DNA from: Cytophagales bacterium
Lineage (GTDB): Bacteria > Bacteroidota > Bacteroidia > Cytophagales > JAHDFW01
Direction: 5' to 3'
Length of the DNA: 64,000 nucleotides
NCBI GenBank assembly: GCA_020627945.1
Contig: JAHDFW010000003.1
Coordinates: 7,599-71,598 of the forward strand
Positions 28,662-37,792 of the stretch are shown here, piece by piece (the first letter of the stretch is position 1; each line of letters begins with the position of its first letter). Made by a program: the position numbers and the translations under genes. The notes beneath the pieces are model-generated. The model did no database searches. It was not told the origin of the DNA and saw nothing but the letters and a program-made list of their open reading frames with translations.

Positions 28662-30545
28662 TCAGCGAACAATCTGAAGATAACCTCTAAACATTTTATC
28701 CTGATTTACGTTAGCAAGATCGAAAAAGTAAGTACCGTCTGGCAAATCGTCCCCTGACCAACGATTATTATATTGATCTGCATTAAAGACCATTTTCCCC
28801 CACCTGTTATAAACTCTAATGTTCCAACGATCTGGCTGAATTCCAGTTATTGCAAACTCATCGTTCATCATATCTCCGTTAGGAGTGATGATATTGGGTA
28901 AGTAGAATGGCTTTTCAATTCGAATAGTATCTAAATGTGAATTTTTACATCCTGTGATAGAATTGATTGCAATAAGTTCAACTTCGTATTCAACTTGATT
29001 ACCAAATTCGGGTAAATGATATACGTGCATGGGGTTAATAAGATTAGAACTGTCTCCATCACCAAAATCCCAATGAAATTCATTCGCATTGGAAGAGTAG
29101 TTTAGAAAAAACACATCCAAATTGGTATAATCATCGTCATTCATATAGCTAAAATCAACTATAGGCAATGGCTGAATAACCACATTTATACTCCCATCGG
29201 TAGAACAACCCGTAAATTTATCGGTAACCGTATAACTTACTGACATACTTGTATCTGGTGAGGCAAAAGGTGAAGTACAATTGGAGCAACTTAATATGTC
29301 TAAATCATCCCAAACAATATCATAACCTAGTGATCCCACCGGGTTGTTTAATTGTACTTCCTCCCCTTTACATACAGGTTGATCGGGTAAATTAAACTCA
29401 AATTCTTCCTCAATTACGTGCACTGCTTTGAAAATTGGTGGGAGAGCAGGACAATAGTTCAACACGAAAATCTCTACAGTTTCACCAGGGTCCACCAAAC
29501 TATCTTCAAATGGTTGAATAATAAGTACTGCGCTATCTTGAAAAGCAGGTATTACAATCGAATCAGGTATTAAAGCATAATCAACTCCATTTTTAGCTGA
29601 TCCACCAATTAAATAGTTTACCACAACTGGTTGAGACATATCTTGAGTTTCGAGGCCAATTCTGTGAAAAACAAAATAGCCGTCATTACACCCTTCTAAT
29701 GCATTACCATATTGCTCATGTTCTAATGATGTGGTAATTTTTTCATCCGATCCCTTAAAACTTCCTGCTTCAAGAAAAATTCCTGAATCAAAAATTCCAT
29801 CACCTTCATCAGCAATTATTAGTTTTATATGATATTTTTCACAAGGTTGAACCTCTATTCTTGCTTCCAAAAGTCTGGTAAAACCATCATATTGCATAGG
29901 ACCCACAAAAGGCGGCAATGCTCCGTTTCCATTAGCTACATAATAATTGGTGTTAGTTAGATGATTTACCGTAGATACTGAAACTGGGCTTGTAGTACCT
30001 GGTATTAATGCAATATTTGTTGTGTCTGGGATTCCTGGTCCACTAATAAAAAATCCAAATACATCATGATAGCTTCCGACAAATTCTGGATACTCTTCAG
30101 AACCAAAAACGTAATTAAAAGAGAGTTGATTAGAGTAAATGGCAATATCAAACTCAACTTTACACACGTCATAAAAGCGCCCATCTGACAACGTCGTATC
30201 TATTAATTTCATTAAGTCCGGATCAAATTGCTCCTCCTCAACATTGTTGACCCCTCTCCCGGTTCCATTATTTGGACCCACCGCAATATCTGCTGCACCA
30301 GTAGTAAGTAGAAGTCCTTCGTTAAGTCCAGTAACACCACTGGTATCCTGATATCTACCATAGGGAATATCAGCGTCTGAATTACAATCTGTTGTAATAT
30401 TCGAAATTTCAAGTCCAGTTCCTTCCAATTCCGCTACTAACTGTTCAAGACTAACGTTATTTTGAATAACGATCTGTCCATTAACATGGAGTACAGGAAA
30501 AAGAATTCCTAACAGCAAACAATATTTAATCCAGCGGAACAACAT
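28662..30545 (-). CDS. Choice-of-anchor L / Calx-beta / PKD protein with T9SS type B (gliding-motility-associated) C-terminal domain
   Basis: Signal peptide from M16 (MLFRWIKYCLLLGILFPVLHVNGQ). Domain motifs: the choice-of-anchor-L-like FGSEEYPEFVGSYHDVFGFFISGPG, the Calx-beta-like VNYLIGGSAKNGVDYALIPDS, and the PKD motif WDFGDGDSS. The C-terminus is PNIITPNGDMMNDEFAI...GTYFF.... Confidence 0.8.
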   Translation of the reverse strand: MLFRWIKYCLLLGILFPVLHVNGQIVIQNNVSLEQLVAELEGTGLEISNITTDCNSDADIPYGRYQDTSGVTGLNEGLLLTTGAADIAVGPNNGTGRGVNNVEEEQFDPDLMKLIDTTLSDGRFYDVCKVEFDIAIYSNQLSFNYVFGSEEYPEFVGSYHDVFGFFISGPGIPDTTNIALIPGTTSPVSVSTVNHLTNTNYYVANGNGALPPFVGPMQYDGFTRLLEARIEVQPCEKYHIKLIIADEGDGIFDSGIFLEAGSFKGSDEKITTSLEHEQYGNALEGCNDGYFVFHRIGLETQDMSQPVVVNYLIGGSAKNGVDYALIPDSIVIPAFQDSAVLIIQPFEDSLVDPGETVEIFVLNYCPALPPIFKAVHVIEEEFEFNLPDQPVCKGEEVQLNNPVGSLGYDIVWDDLDILSCSNCTSPFASPDTSMSVSYTVTDKFTGCSTDGSINVVIQPLPIVDFSYMNDDDYTNLDVFFLNYSSNANEFHWDFGDGDSSNLINPMHVYHLPEFGNQVEYEVELIAINSITGCKNSHLDTIRIEKPFYLPNIITPNGDMMNDEFAITGIQPDRWNIRVYNRWGKMVFNADQYNNRWSGDDLPDGTYFFDLANVNQDKMFRGYLQIVR

Positions 30546-30609
30546 CAATAATGTAGAATCAACGTAAAAATTTAGGATTATTATACGCAAACTTTGTTAT
30601 TTTGTTCGA

Positions 30610-31368
30610 ATGATTCAATTGTCGGTTGTAATAATTTCGTACAACGAAGAAAAAAACATTGGAAGATGTTTAGATTCGGTACTAGGCATTGCGGACGATA
30701 TTGTCGTGGTGGATTCTGGTTCAACCGATGCAACCATTGAAATTGCAACTCAAAAAGGAGCTCGAGTTATTCATCAGGATTTTCTTGGCCACATCGAACA
30801 AAAGAACTTTGCTATAACACACGCAAAATATCAACACATATTGTCATTGGATTCTGATGAAGCTCTTGACGAACAACTAAAAATCAGCATTTTAAAAGTA
30901 AAAAACAACTGGAATGCCGACGGTTATGTAATGAACAGGCTTACGAATTATTGTGGCAAATGGATCAGACATACAGGCTGGTATCCTGATAAAAAATTAC
31001 GTCTTTGGGACAGTAGCAAAGGTAAATGGACCGGAACTAATCCCCACGATAGATACGAAATGAAATCAGGAAGCTCAATCCAACACCTTAAAGGTGACCT
31101 TCTGCACTATTCATTTTATACCATTAATCAGCATTTGGAGCAAATTCGCTACTTCACAGATATCTCATCAAAGGCATTATTTGAAAAAGGTAAAAAAGCT
31201 ACGCTCCTTCATATTCTTTTTAGTCCTGTGGTCAAATTTATACGAGACTATATTATAAAAGCAGGTTTTTTAGATGGCTACTATGGTTTAATAATCAGTG
31301 TTAATTCTGCTCACGCCAAGTTTTTAAAGTACACGAAACTCCGCGCACTTTGGAAGGATGCGAAATAA
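30610..31368 (+). CDS. Family 2 glycosyltransferase (LPS core type, WaaE/KdtX-like)
   Basis: N-terminus LSVVIISYNEEKNIGRCLDSV ... VVDSGSTD ... SLDSDE (DxD) in a 252-aa protein. Confidence 0.8.
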   Translation: MIQLSVVIISYNEEKNIGRCLDSVLGIADDIVVVDSGSTDATIEIATQKGARVIHQDFLGHIEQKNFAITHAKYQHILSLDSDEALDEQLKISILKVKNNWNADGYVMNRLTNYCGKWIRHTGWYPDKKLRLWDSSKGKWTGTNPHDRYEMKSGSSIQHLKGDLLHYSFYTINQHLEQIRYFTDISSKALFEKGKKATLLHILFSPVVKFIRDYIIKAGFLDGYYGLIISVNSAHAKFLKYTKLRALWKDAK

Positions 31369-31369
31369 T

Positions 31370-32479
31370 ATGGCAGGCAAAATAAGAATATTACATCTTT
31401 CTTCGGAAAGATCTTGGCGGGGAGGAGAACAGCAAATCGCCTACTTAATTGATGAATTAACTGATAATCATAATGTTATCAATTTTGTAGCTTGCCGTAA
31501 GAAATCCGCGTTCGAGCAACATTGTAAGGACCACGGAATCAAAAATTTTACTCTTCCATTTGCCAACGAATTTGATATTTATACTGCTTGGAAAGTTCGA
31601 TCAATTTGTAAAAAAGAAAATATTGATATCGTACATATTCACAGTGGTCATTCCCATGCAATTGCTGTTTGGTCTTCCATTTTAGGTAATTCAAGCAAAC
31701 TCATTTTAAGCCGACGAGTGGATTTCCCGATAAAACGCAACTGGTTTTCTCGTTTCAAATACAACTATAGAGGTATTGCAAAAATCATTTGTGTTTCGGA
31801 AGCTATTCAGAAAATCATGGAGCAAGATTTAAAAGATCCTCGGAAGTGTCTAACGATTCACAGTGGGATTGACTTAAATCGATTTCAAAATATTGAAGTT
31901 AGTCCTGTTACTATTCAAGAGGAATTAAAAATACCTAAAGACCAAAAAATCGTTGCTAATATATCGGCAATTGCACCTCATAAAGATTACTTTACTTTTG
32001 TTGACACTGCCGAAAAAGTAATTAAAAAAAGAAAAAACACCACTTTTTTAATCGTTGGAGAAGGTCCTGAAAAAGCCTATATAGCTCGTTACATTTCAGA
32101 AAAAAAACTACAAAATAAGATTATATTAACAGGTTTTAGAAGAGATGTACCTAACTTATTTAGACAAATTGATGCCCTGCTGATTACTTCTAAAACCGAA
32201 GGGTTAGGAACCACAATCCTTGATGCATTTGCCAACAAAGTTCCAGTAATAGCAACCAATGCAGGAGGCATACCTGAAGCGATCGAGCATAAAATTACAG
32301 GTATGTTATCGGAAGTTGGAGATTCAGATAATTTAGCCCATAATATTATTGAAATTTTAGAAGACGAAACTTTAACAAAAGTGTTGACCGAAAATGGTTA
32401 TACAAAACTAAAAGAGCATTTTACTAAACAAACGACGGCTTTTAGAACTTTTCAGGTGTACCAAAAATGCCTTAAGTAA
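31370..32479 (+). CDS. Family 4 (GT-B, GT1-type) glycosyltransferase
   Basis: Start at MAGKIRILHL; the track start at 31358 overlaps the GT2 stop. The C-terminal half has the typical FLIVGEGPE ... SKTEGLGTTILDAFANKVPVIATNAGGIPE pattern. Confidence 0.8.
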   Translation: MAGKIRILHLSSERSWRGGEQQIAYLIDELTDNHNVINFVACRKKSAFEQHCKDHGIKNFTLPFANEFDIYTAWKVRSICKKENIDIVHIHSGHSHAIAVWSSILGNSSKLILSRRVDFPIKRNWFSRFKYNYRGIAKIICVSEAIQKIMEQDLKDPRKCLTIHSGIDLNRFQNIEVSPVTIQEELKIPKDQKIVANISAIAPHKDYFTFVDTAEKVIKKRKNTTFLIVGEGPEKAYIARYISEKKLQNKIILTGFRRDVPNLFRQIDALLITSKTEGLGTTILDAFANKVPVIATNAGGIPEAIEHKITGMLSEVGDSDNLAHNIIEILEDETLTKVLTENGYTKLKEHFTKQTTAFRTFQVYQKCLK

Positions 32480-32585
32480 GTCCACTCAAAGTCTGGAAGC
32501 ATTTTGACTAGAAAAAGTTCTATTTTTCATTAGTAAATGCCTATATTTACTCATTGTTTATTAGCCGAATTGCATTATCTTAAGA

Positions 32586-35500
32586 ATGGGTCTATTAAGA
32601 GCATTAAGCATTGAAAAAGGTGAGGGTACATCTGTAGCTCTCATGATGGCGCAGTCATTTTTTCTGGGAGCGTTCATTATGACATTTCAGATTAGTGCTA
32701 ACGCCATGTTCTTGAAAGAGGTAGGTGGAGATTCACTTACGCTCGCATATTTGATATCTGGGATAATGGGTATGACCCTAACCTTGATTTTTTCTTTCCT
32801 CCAAAAACGAATTCCGTTTAGAATCCTTGCAATTGCGACATATTTAATTGTTGCTGTGTCCACGATCGGGCTTTGGTGGAGTTTTCATTATCATATTTTT
32901 TCCGATTATCACCTGGTATACTTTGTGTTCTTGATTGTAGGACCATTTATAGCGTTGGTAGCCTATATCACCTTCTGGGGTGTAATGGGTAGGATTTTTA
33001 ACCTAAAACAAGCTAAACGATTATTTGGTTTAATTGACTCTGGACAGATTCTAGCGATGATTCTGGTCTCTTTCGCAATCCCATTTTTAACTAACATTCT
33101 TCCAAATACAAAAGATTTGGTTCTCATAAGTGGGGCAAGTCTAGCAGTTGCGTTTTTTATTCAAATCATAGTTTCGTTTAAATATGGTTCTGAATTCGAT
33201 GCGGCCGAAAAAGCTAGCTCCGATGATGGTGGTGGTAGTGCTTCCGAAGCTAAAATTTCAAAATATCTGAAGAACCCATACATCGTGATGATGGCGCTAT
33301 TCGTTTTTATTTCGATGCTAGTGCAGTTTTTTGTTGAGTTCTCCTTCATGAAAACTGTAAACAATCAATATCCGGGGGAGCATGAATTAACAAACTTTTT
33401 CGGTTTCTTCATGGGTACATTACTGATTTTCAGTTTTGTATTTAAATCTTTCCTTTATGGTAAACTAATCCAAATGTATGGATTGAAGGTGAACCTACTT
33501 ATTTTGCCGATTGTATTAGTTTTCTTTACCGTTATTGCTGCCATAATGGGAACTTTAGACAGTTACGAAGGAGCTCCAAATACTTTCGTACTCTTCTTTA
33601 TGTTCATAATCTCCAGTAAGTTATTCGCACAATCTCTTAGGGTTTCAATTGAGGTTCCTGCGTTCAAAACTTTCTACCAACCACTGGATCGCGGGATCCG
33701 ATTCGATGTACAATCGAGAATTGATGGGTTCGTAAATGAGTTGTCAGCAACACTTGGAGGAGCTATTTTATGGATACTAGAATTGGCTGGTTTCAAATTA
33801 ATTCACTTTTCATGGCTATTGATTCCAATTATTGGCCTTTGGGCATATCTGACATTTAGACTTTATGATCGTTACCAAATCACTCTACGTGAATCTCTTT
33901 CCAACATTAAATCTGGTTTAAACAATGCGGGGGCTAAAGTAGCCCAAATGTTAGGTATTTCATCACTTCTTCAAAATCAAATATCTGCCTCAGATAAAGG
34001 TGATGCAATAAATGCCATTAAAATATCGAATCAACTCTCACCTGTATTGTACCTAGAGGCCCTTACACAGTCTTTGGAATCAAACAACACTGAGATAAGA
34101 AGTTTTGCCGCACAACAGCTAAACGCTAATAACGAATTTAGAACACTAAATACCGTCAAGGACAAAGTAGAATCGGAAAATCAAGAAGGAATTCGTTCTG
34201 AACTTTTTCATTTGATGGAAGAAGCTAATCAATATTCGAATAACAAAATCGATGACACCAGATTAATCAGAATGGCTCGCTCAAAGAAGAAGCAGGACAG
34301 AATTAATCTTTGCAAAATTTTAACTCTAGAGGCTTATAAAGAAAATAGAGGGATTTTGGCAGAACTGTTGCGTGACGTAGATCCGAAAGTACGTAAAGAG
34401 GCAATTATGTCTGTGGTTAAATTGAAAGAAGAAGAGTTATACCTTCCGATGATTGACAATTTGGCTAAAAATGAATACCGAAATAGTACTATTCATGCGA
34501 TTCTAGCACTGGGTAAAGATATATTAGAAGCACTTAACACCTCATTTTACAAAGCAGGTTTTAATGGTGATACACTAGTGTTAGTTGTCGATTTAATTGG
34601 AGAAATAAACGGAGAGAAGAGTCAGGATTATCTTGAAGAAAAACTTACCGTACCCGATATGCAAGTGGTAGATGCTGTAATGATTGCTCTACACAAATGT
34701 GGATATCAAGCTTCTGAAGAACAAAAAGGGAAAATTATTCAAGCTATTGATGACACAATTGGGGTAACCATGTGGAACTTCGCTTCATCAATTGAGGCAA
34801 AAAAACATAAATTAGGTCAGGATCTATCAGAAGCTATTAACCTTGAAATCAAGAGTAATTTTGATCATATATTTTTACTTCTGGGGTTAATCTATGATAC
34901 TCAGTCAATTAAACACATCAAGCAAAATATTGAAAGTGGAACAGCTGAGGGAATTAGTTTCGCCATTGAGTTGCTGGATATCTTTGTAGATGAACAATTA
35001 AAACAAAAGCTCTTCCCTATTTTAGATGATATTACGCCTGAAGAAAAGGTAAGTATACTGCAACCTTTTTATCCAAGGTTTGAATTAACTAAGGAAGAAT
35101 CCTTAAAAAGCATATTAAATCGAAGTTACACAGAAATTAACCGTTGGTCTCGAATTTGCGCGATCCAAAGTTATAAGGAGATGGAAAATGGAGCTATTTC
35201 CGACGATTTAGTGGCTCATATTTTCAACCCTGATTATGGTATCAGAGAAGCTGCAGGTTTAGCATTAAGGAAAATAGATCTTAAAAAATATCGCGAAGTA
35301 AGCTATAGATTAGAAGATCATGAAAGAGTTGAATTGAATGAAAAAGTTAATGACATTGAGCAGGGGAATGCATTAAGTATTTTTGAATTGGTGAAGATGC
35401 TTTTAGAAATTCCGGCACTATCTAACTGCTCGGGAAATCATTTGGTAGATCTAGCTGAACATATGAATCAGATGATTTATTTAGAAGGAGATGCAGTTCT

Positions 35501-35828
35501 AAGTTTGACCGAAAATGACAACAAGGATTTCTTAAAGGTAATCTGGAAAGGAAAAGTAAGCATTAAAGATACAGAAGGCAACCTGTTGAATTCATTCAAA
35601 CAGGGGGAAATATTCAGTAGCTATCAATTACAAGATTACCAAGGTAAGGGAGAGCTAAAAATGATTTGTGAACAAAACACCTCCGTTTATTCTTTAGATG
35701 GAGCTTATTTGTACCAACTACTAGTCGAAAATGACAAGTTAGCCAACGCAGTTCTACAAGTGTTAAACGGAAATGGGAAACTGGACAGCGACATAAAGAA
35801 TAATAATTTAGAATCAGTAGTCAGTTAA
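32586..35828 (+). CDS. Polytopic MFS-fold (ATP/ADP-translocase/TLC-like) membrane domain fused to HEAT repeats and a C-terminal cyclic-nucleotide-binding-like domain
   Basis: 1080 aa.
- The first 430 aa or so hold about a dozen hydrophobic segments, with an N-terminus like TLC/MFS-HEAT proteins.
- HEAT-like units include LLRDVDPKVRKEAIMSVVKL and NPDYGIREAAGLALRKI.
- The C-terminal beta-roll is IPALSNCSGNHLVDLAEHMNQMIYLEGDAVL...KGKVSIKD...FKQGEIFS.
- It lacks the R-[ST]-A phosphate-binding motif. Confidence 0.6.
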   Translation: MGLLRALSIEKGEGTSVALMMAQSFFLGAFIMTFQISANAMFLKEVGGDSLTLAYLISGIMGMTLTLIFSFLQKRIPFRILAIATYLIVAVSTIGLWWSFHYHIFSDYHLVYFVFLIVGPFIALVAYITFWGVMGRIFNLKQAKRLFGLIDSGQILAMILVSFAIPFLTNILPNTKDLVLISGASLAVAFFIQIIVSFKYGSEFDAAEKASSDDGGGSASEAKISKYLKNPYIVMMALFVFISMLVQFFVEFSFMKTVNNQYPGEHELTNFFGFFMGTLLIFSFVFKSFLYGKLIQMYGLKVNLLILPIVLVFFTVIAAIMGTLDSYEGAPNTFVLFFMFIISSKLFAQSLRVSIEVPAFKTFYQPLDRGIRFDVQSRIDGFVNELSATLGGAILWILELAGFKLIHFSWLLIPIIGLWAYLTFRLYDRYQITLRESLSNIKSGLNNAGAKVAQMLGISSLLQNQISASDKGDAINAIKISNQLSPVLYLEALTQSLESNNTEIRSFAAQQLNANNEFRTLNTVKDKVESENQEGIRSELFHLMEEANQYSNNKIDDTRLIRMARSKKKQDRINLCKILTLEAYKENRGILAELLRDVDPKVRKEAIMSVVKLKEEELYLPMIDNLAKNEYRNSTIHAILALGKDILEALNTSFYKAGFNGDTLVLVVDLIGEINGEKSQDYLEEKLTVPDMQVVDAVMIALHKCGYQASEEQKGKIIQAIDDTIGVTMWNFASSIEAKKHKLGQDLSEAINLEIKSNFDHIFLLLGLIYDTQSIKHIKQNIESGTAEGISFAIELLDIFVDEQLKQKLFPILDDITPEEKVSILQPFYPRFELTKEESLKSILNRSYTEINRWSRICAIQSYKEMENGAISDDLVAHIFNPDYGIREAAGLALRKIDLKKYREVSYRLEDHERVELNEKVNDIEQGNALSIFELVKMLLEIPALSNCSGNHLVDLAEHMNQMIYLEGDAVLSLTENDNKDFLKVIWKGKVSIKDTEGNLLNSFKQGEIFSSYQLQDYQGKGELKMICEQNTSVYSLDGAYLYQLLVENDKLANAVLQVLNGNGKLDSDIKNNNLESVVS

Positions 35829-35836
35829 GAAGTAAG

Positions 35837-37789
35837 ATGAAAAGAACTACCATATTTAGTCAGCTGATTGTAAATATCATTATTCCAGTAACGATAGCTT
35901 TAGTAATCCTTGCTGTATTCTTTTTCCTGACGATTAAGTCCTTTATGCAGGCTAAAAATGTCACCAATAATAAGAATATCTCCAAGGAAATAAAAACGGT
36001 AATGAGATTCCAGGATTTATCGTTAAGTATGGTTGAAGAGGAACTAGGAGAAAAAATGCTTAGTGTAACTTCTCGATTGGTTAACGATTATTTTCTTATC
36101 ACGGATAGCATCGAACATGCTGATTTGAAAAAACTACAAAAGGAATTGAATATGGTTCCTGGACAGGAAGACATATATATCATTAATTTAGATGGTAAAA
36201 TTGTCAATTCTACTTTCGAAGATGACATTGGTTTTGAGTTTTTCAGTCTTGGAGAGAAGTATAAGCAATTTTTGCTTAATGTATTTAATGATGGACGATT
36301 TCATATGGATCGATTCTCACCTGAGGCTAAAACTAACAAACTTAAAAAATACTCATATAGGGCCACACAGGATGGGAAATACATTATTGAACTTGGCTTT
36401 TATTCTGAAAGTGCAAATCATGTGGTCAATCAAGCACGACGGGAAATAAACGGGTTGGATAGTGGGCATGCAAGTATTGAAAAAGTTGACCTGTTTTTTG
36501 GTAGTGAAAACCCTGTTTGTTTTAGTAATCCAGATGAAAAAATTAACGAAGAAAACATAAAAATATATCAAAGGGCATTGGAGAAAAAATCCAATATGGA
36601 ATTTGATAGGAACGACCTTCATTACGAATTCATTTATTTCTACCAGAGTAAATCTGAACTTTTCAAGCATGGAGTAATTCGTATTGTGTCTGATCGTAGC
36701 GCTGATAAAAAATCCTTAATCAGTCAATTAACATTGCTCTTAGTGATATTTGGTGCAGTTGTTATGATAGTATTCTTCCTTATTATTCGACGCTCAAAAG
36801 CGATTAGTAACCCTATCAAAAACCTGGCTACTAGCGTTACAAACATTTCTGATGGAGACCTAAGTGCTCGTACTGAAGTAGTAGGTAACAATGAGATCAC
36901 TACCCTATCTGAACAGTTTAACGAAATGCTTGAACGACTTCAGAAATCACATGATAGTCTAGAGCAAAAAGTAATAGAAAGAACAGCAGAAATCTTTACA
37001 CAAAAAGAGAAGATCGAAGCTCAAAACCATCAGATTACAGATAGTATAAGATATGCGAAACGTATTCAAACCGCTATCCTACCTTCCGATGAAGTACTAG
37101 AAAACAATATCAAGCAACACTTTGTTCTATTTAAACCTAGAGACATTGTAAGTGGTGATTTTTATTGGACTGGAAAACGTGATGGATTAGCCATTATTGT
37201 AGCTGCTGATTGTACTGGACACGGAGTCCCTGGAGCATTTATGAGTATGATTGGTAATACACTTCTAAATCAGATCGTAAACGAAAGAGGAATTACTAAA
37301 CCAAGTGATATCCTTTGGAATATGAGAAAGGAAATTCTTAACCTTCTTTCTCAAAAAGGAAGTAAAGCAGTAACAAAAAATAAAGATGGAATGGATATGT
37401 CCATCTGTACCATCAATTACGATACCCTAGAGGTGCAATATTCTGGTGCGAATAATCCTTTGTTCTACATAAGAGATGAAAAACTTACCGTAATTAAAGG
37501 AAGTCGCCAACCTGTAGGATCTCATATACTGGAAAATGAACCATTCGAAAACCACGAGCTTCAAATGAAGCCTGGAGATCGTATGTATATTTTCAGTGAT
37601 GGTTACCAAGACCAATACGGTGGAGATGAAAATAGGAAATTCATGGTAGGTCGTTTAAAGCGATTCTTCGTGGAAATCCATAAAAAGCCATTAGGTACTC
37701 AAAAAGAAATAATGAATCAGACCATCGAAGAATGGATGGCTGATAAAAAACAAATTGACGATATTCTAGTAATAGGAATTAAACTTTAG
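35837..37789 (+). CDS. Membrane sensor phosphatase: TM - Cache-like periplasmic domain - TM - HAMP - coiled coil - PP2C/SpoIIE phosphatase
   Basis: 650 aa. Two TM helices (IVNIIIPVTIALVILAVFFFL and LTLLLVIFGAVVMIVFFLII). HAMP segment PIKNLATSVTNISDGDLSARTEV...LSEQFNEMLERL. SpoIIE core SGDFYW ... AADCTGHGVPGAFMSM ... DGMDM ... SDGYQDQ ... DDILVIGIKL. Confidence 0.8.
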   Translation: MKRTTIFSQLIVNIIIPVTIALVILAVFFFLTIKSFMQAKNVTNNKNISKEIKTVMRFQDLSLSMVEEELGEKMLSVTSRLVNDYFLITDSIEHADLKKLQKELNMVPGQEDIYIINLDGKIVNSTFEDDIGFEFFSLGEKYKQFLLNVFNDGRFHMDRFSPEAKTNKLKKYSYRATQDGKYIIELGFYSESANHVVNQARREINGLDSGHASIEKVDLFFGSENPVCFSNPDEKINEENIKIYQRALEKKSNMEFDRNDLHYEFIYFYQSKSELFKHGVIRIVSDRSADKKSLISQLTLLLVIFGAVVMIVFFLIIRRSKAISNPIKNLATSVTNISDGDLSARTEVVGNNEITTLSEQFNEMLERLQKSHDSLEQKVIERTAEIFTQKEKIEAQNHQITDSIRYAKRIQTAILPSDEVLENNIKQHFVLFKPRDIVSGDFYWTGKRDGLAIIVAADCTGHGVPGAFMSMIGNTLLNQIVNERGITKPSDILWNMRKEILNLLSQKGSKAVTKNKDGMDMSICTINYDTLEVQYSGANNPLFYIRDEKLTVIKGSRQPVGSHILENEPFENHELQMKPGDRMYIFSDGYQDQYGGDENRKFMVGRLKRFFVEIHKKPLGTQKEIMNQTIEEWMADKKQIDDILVIGIKL

Positions 37790-37792
37790 CGG

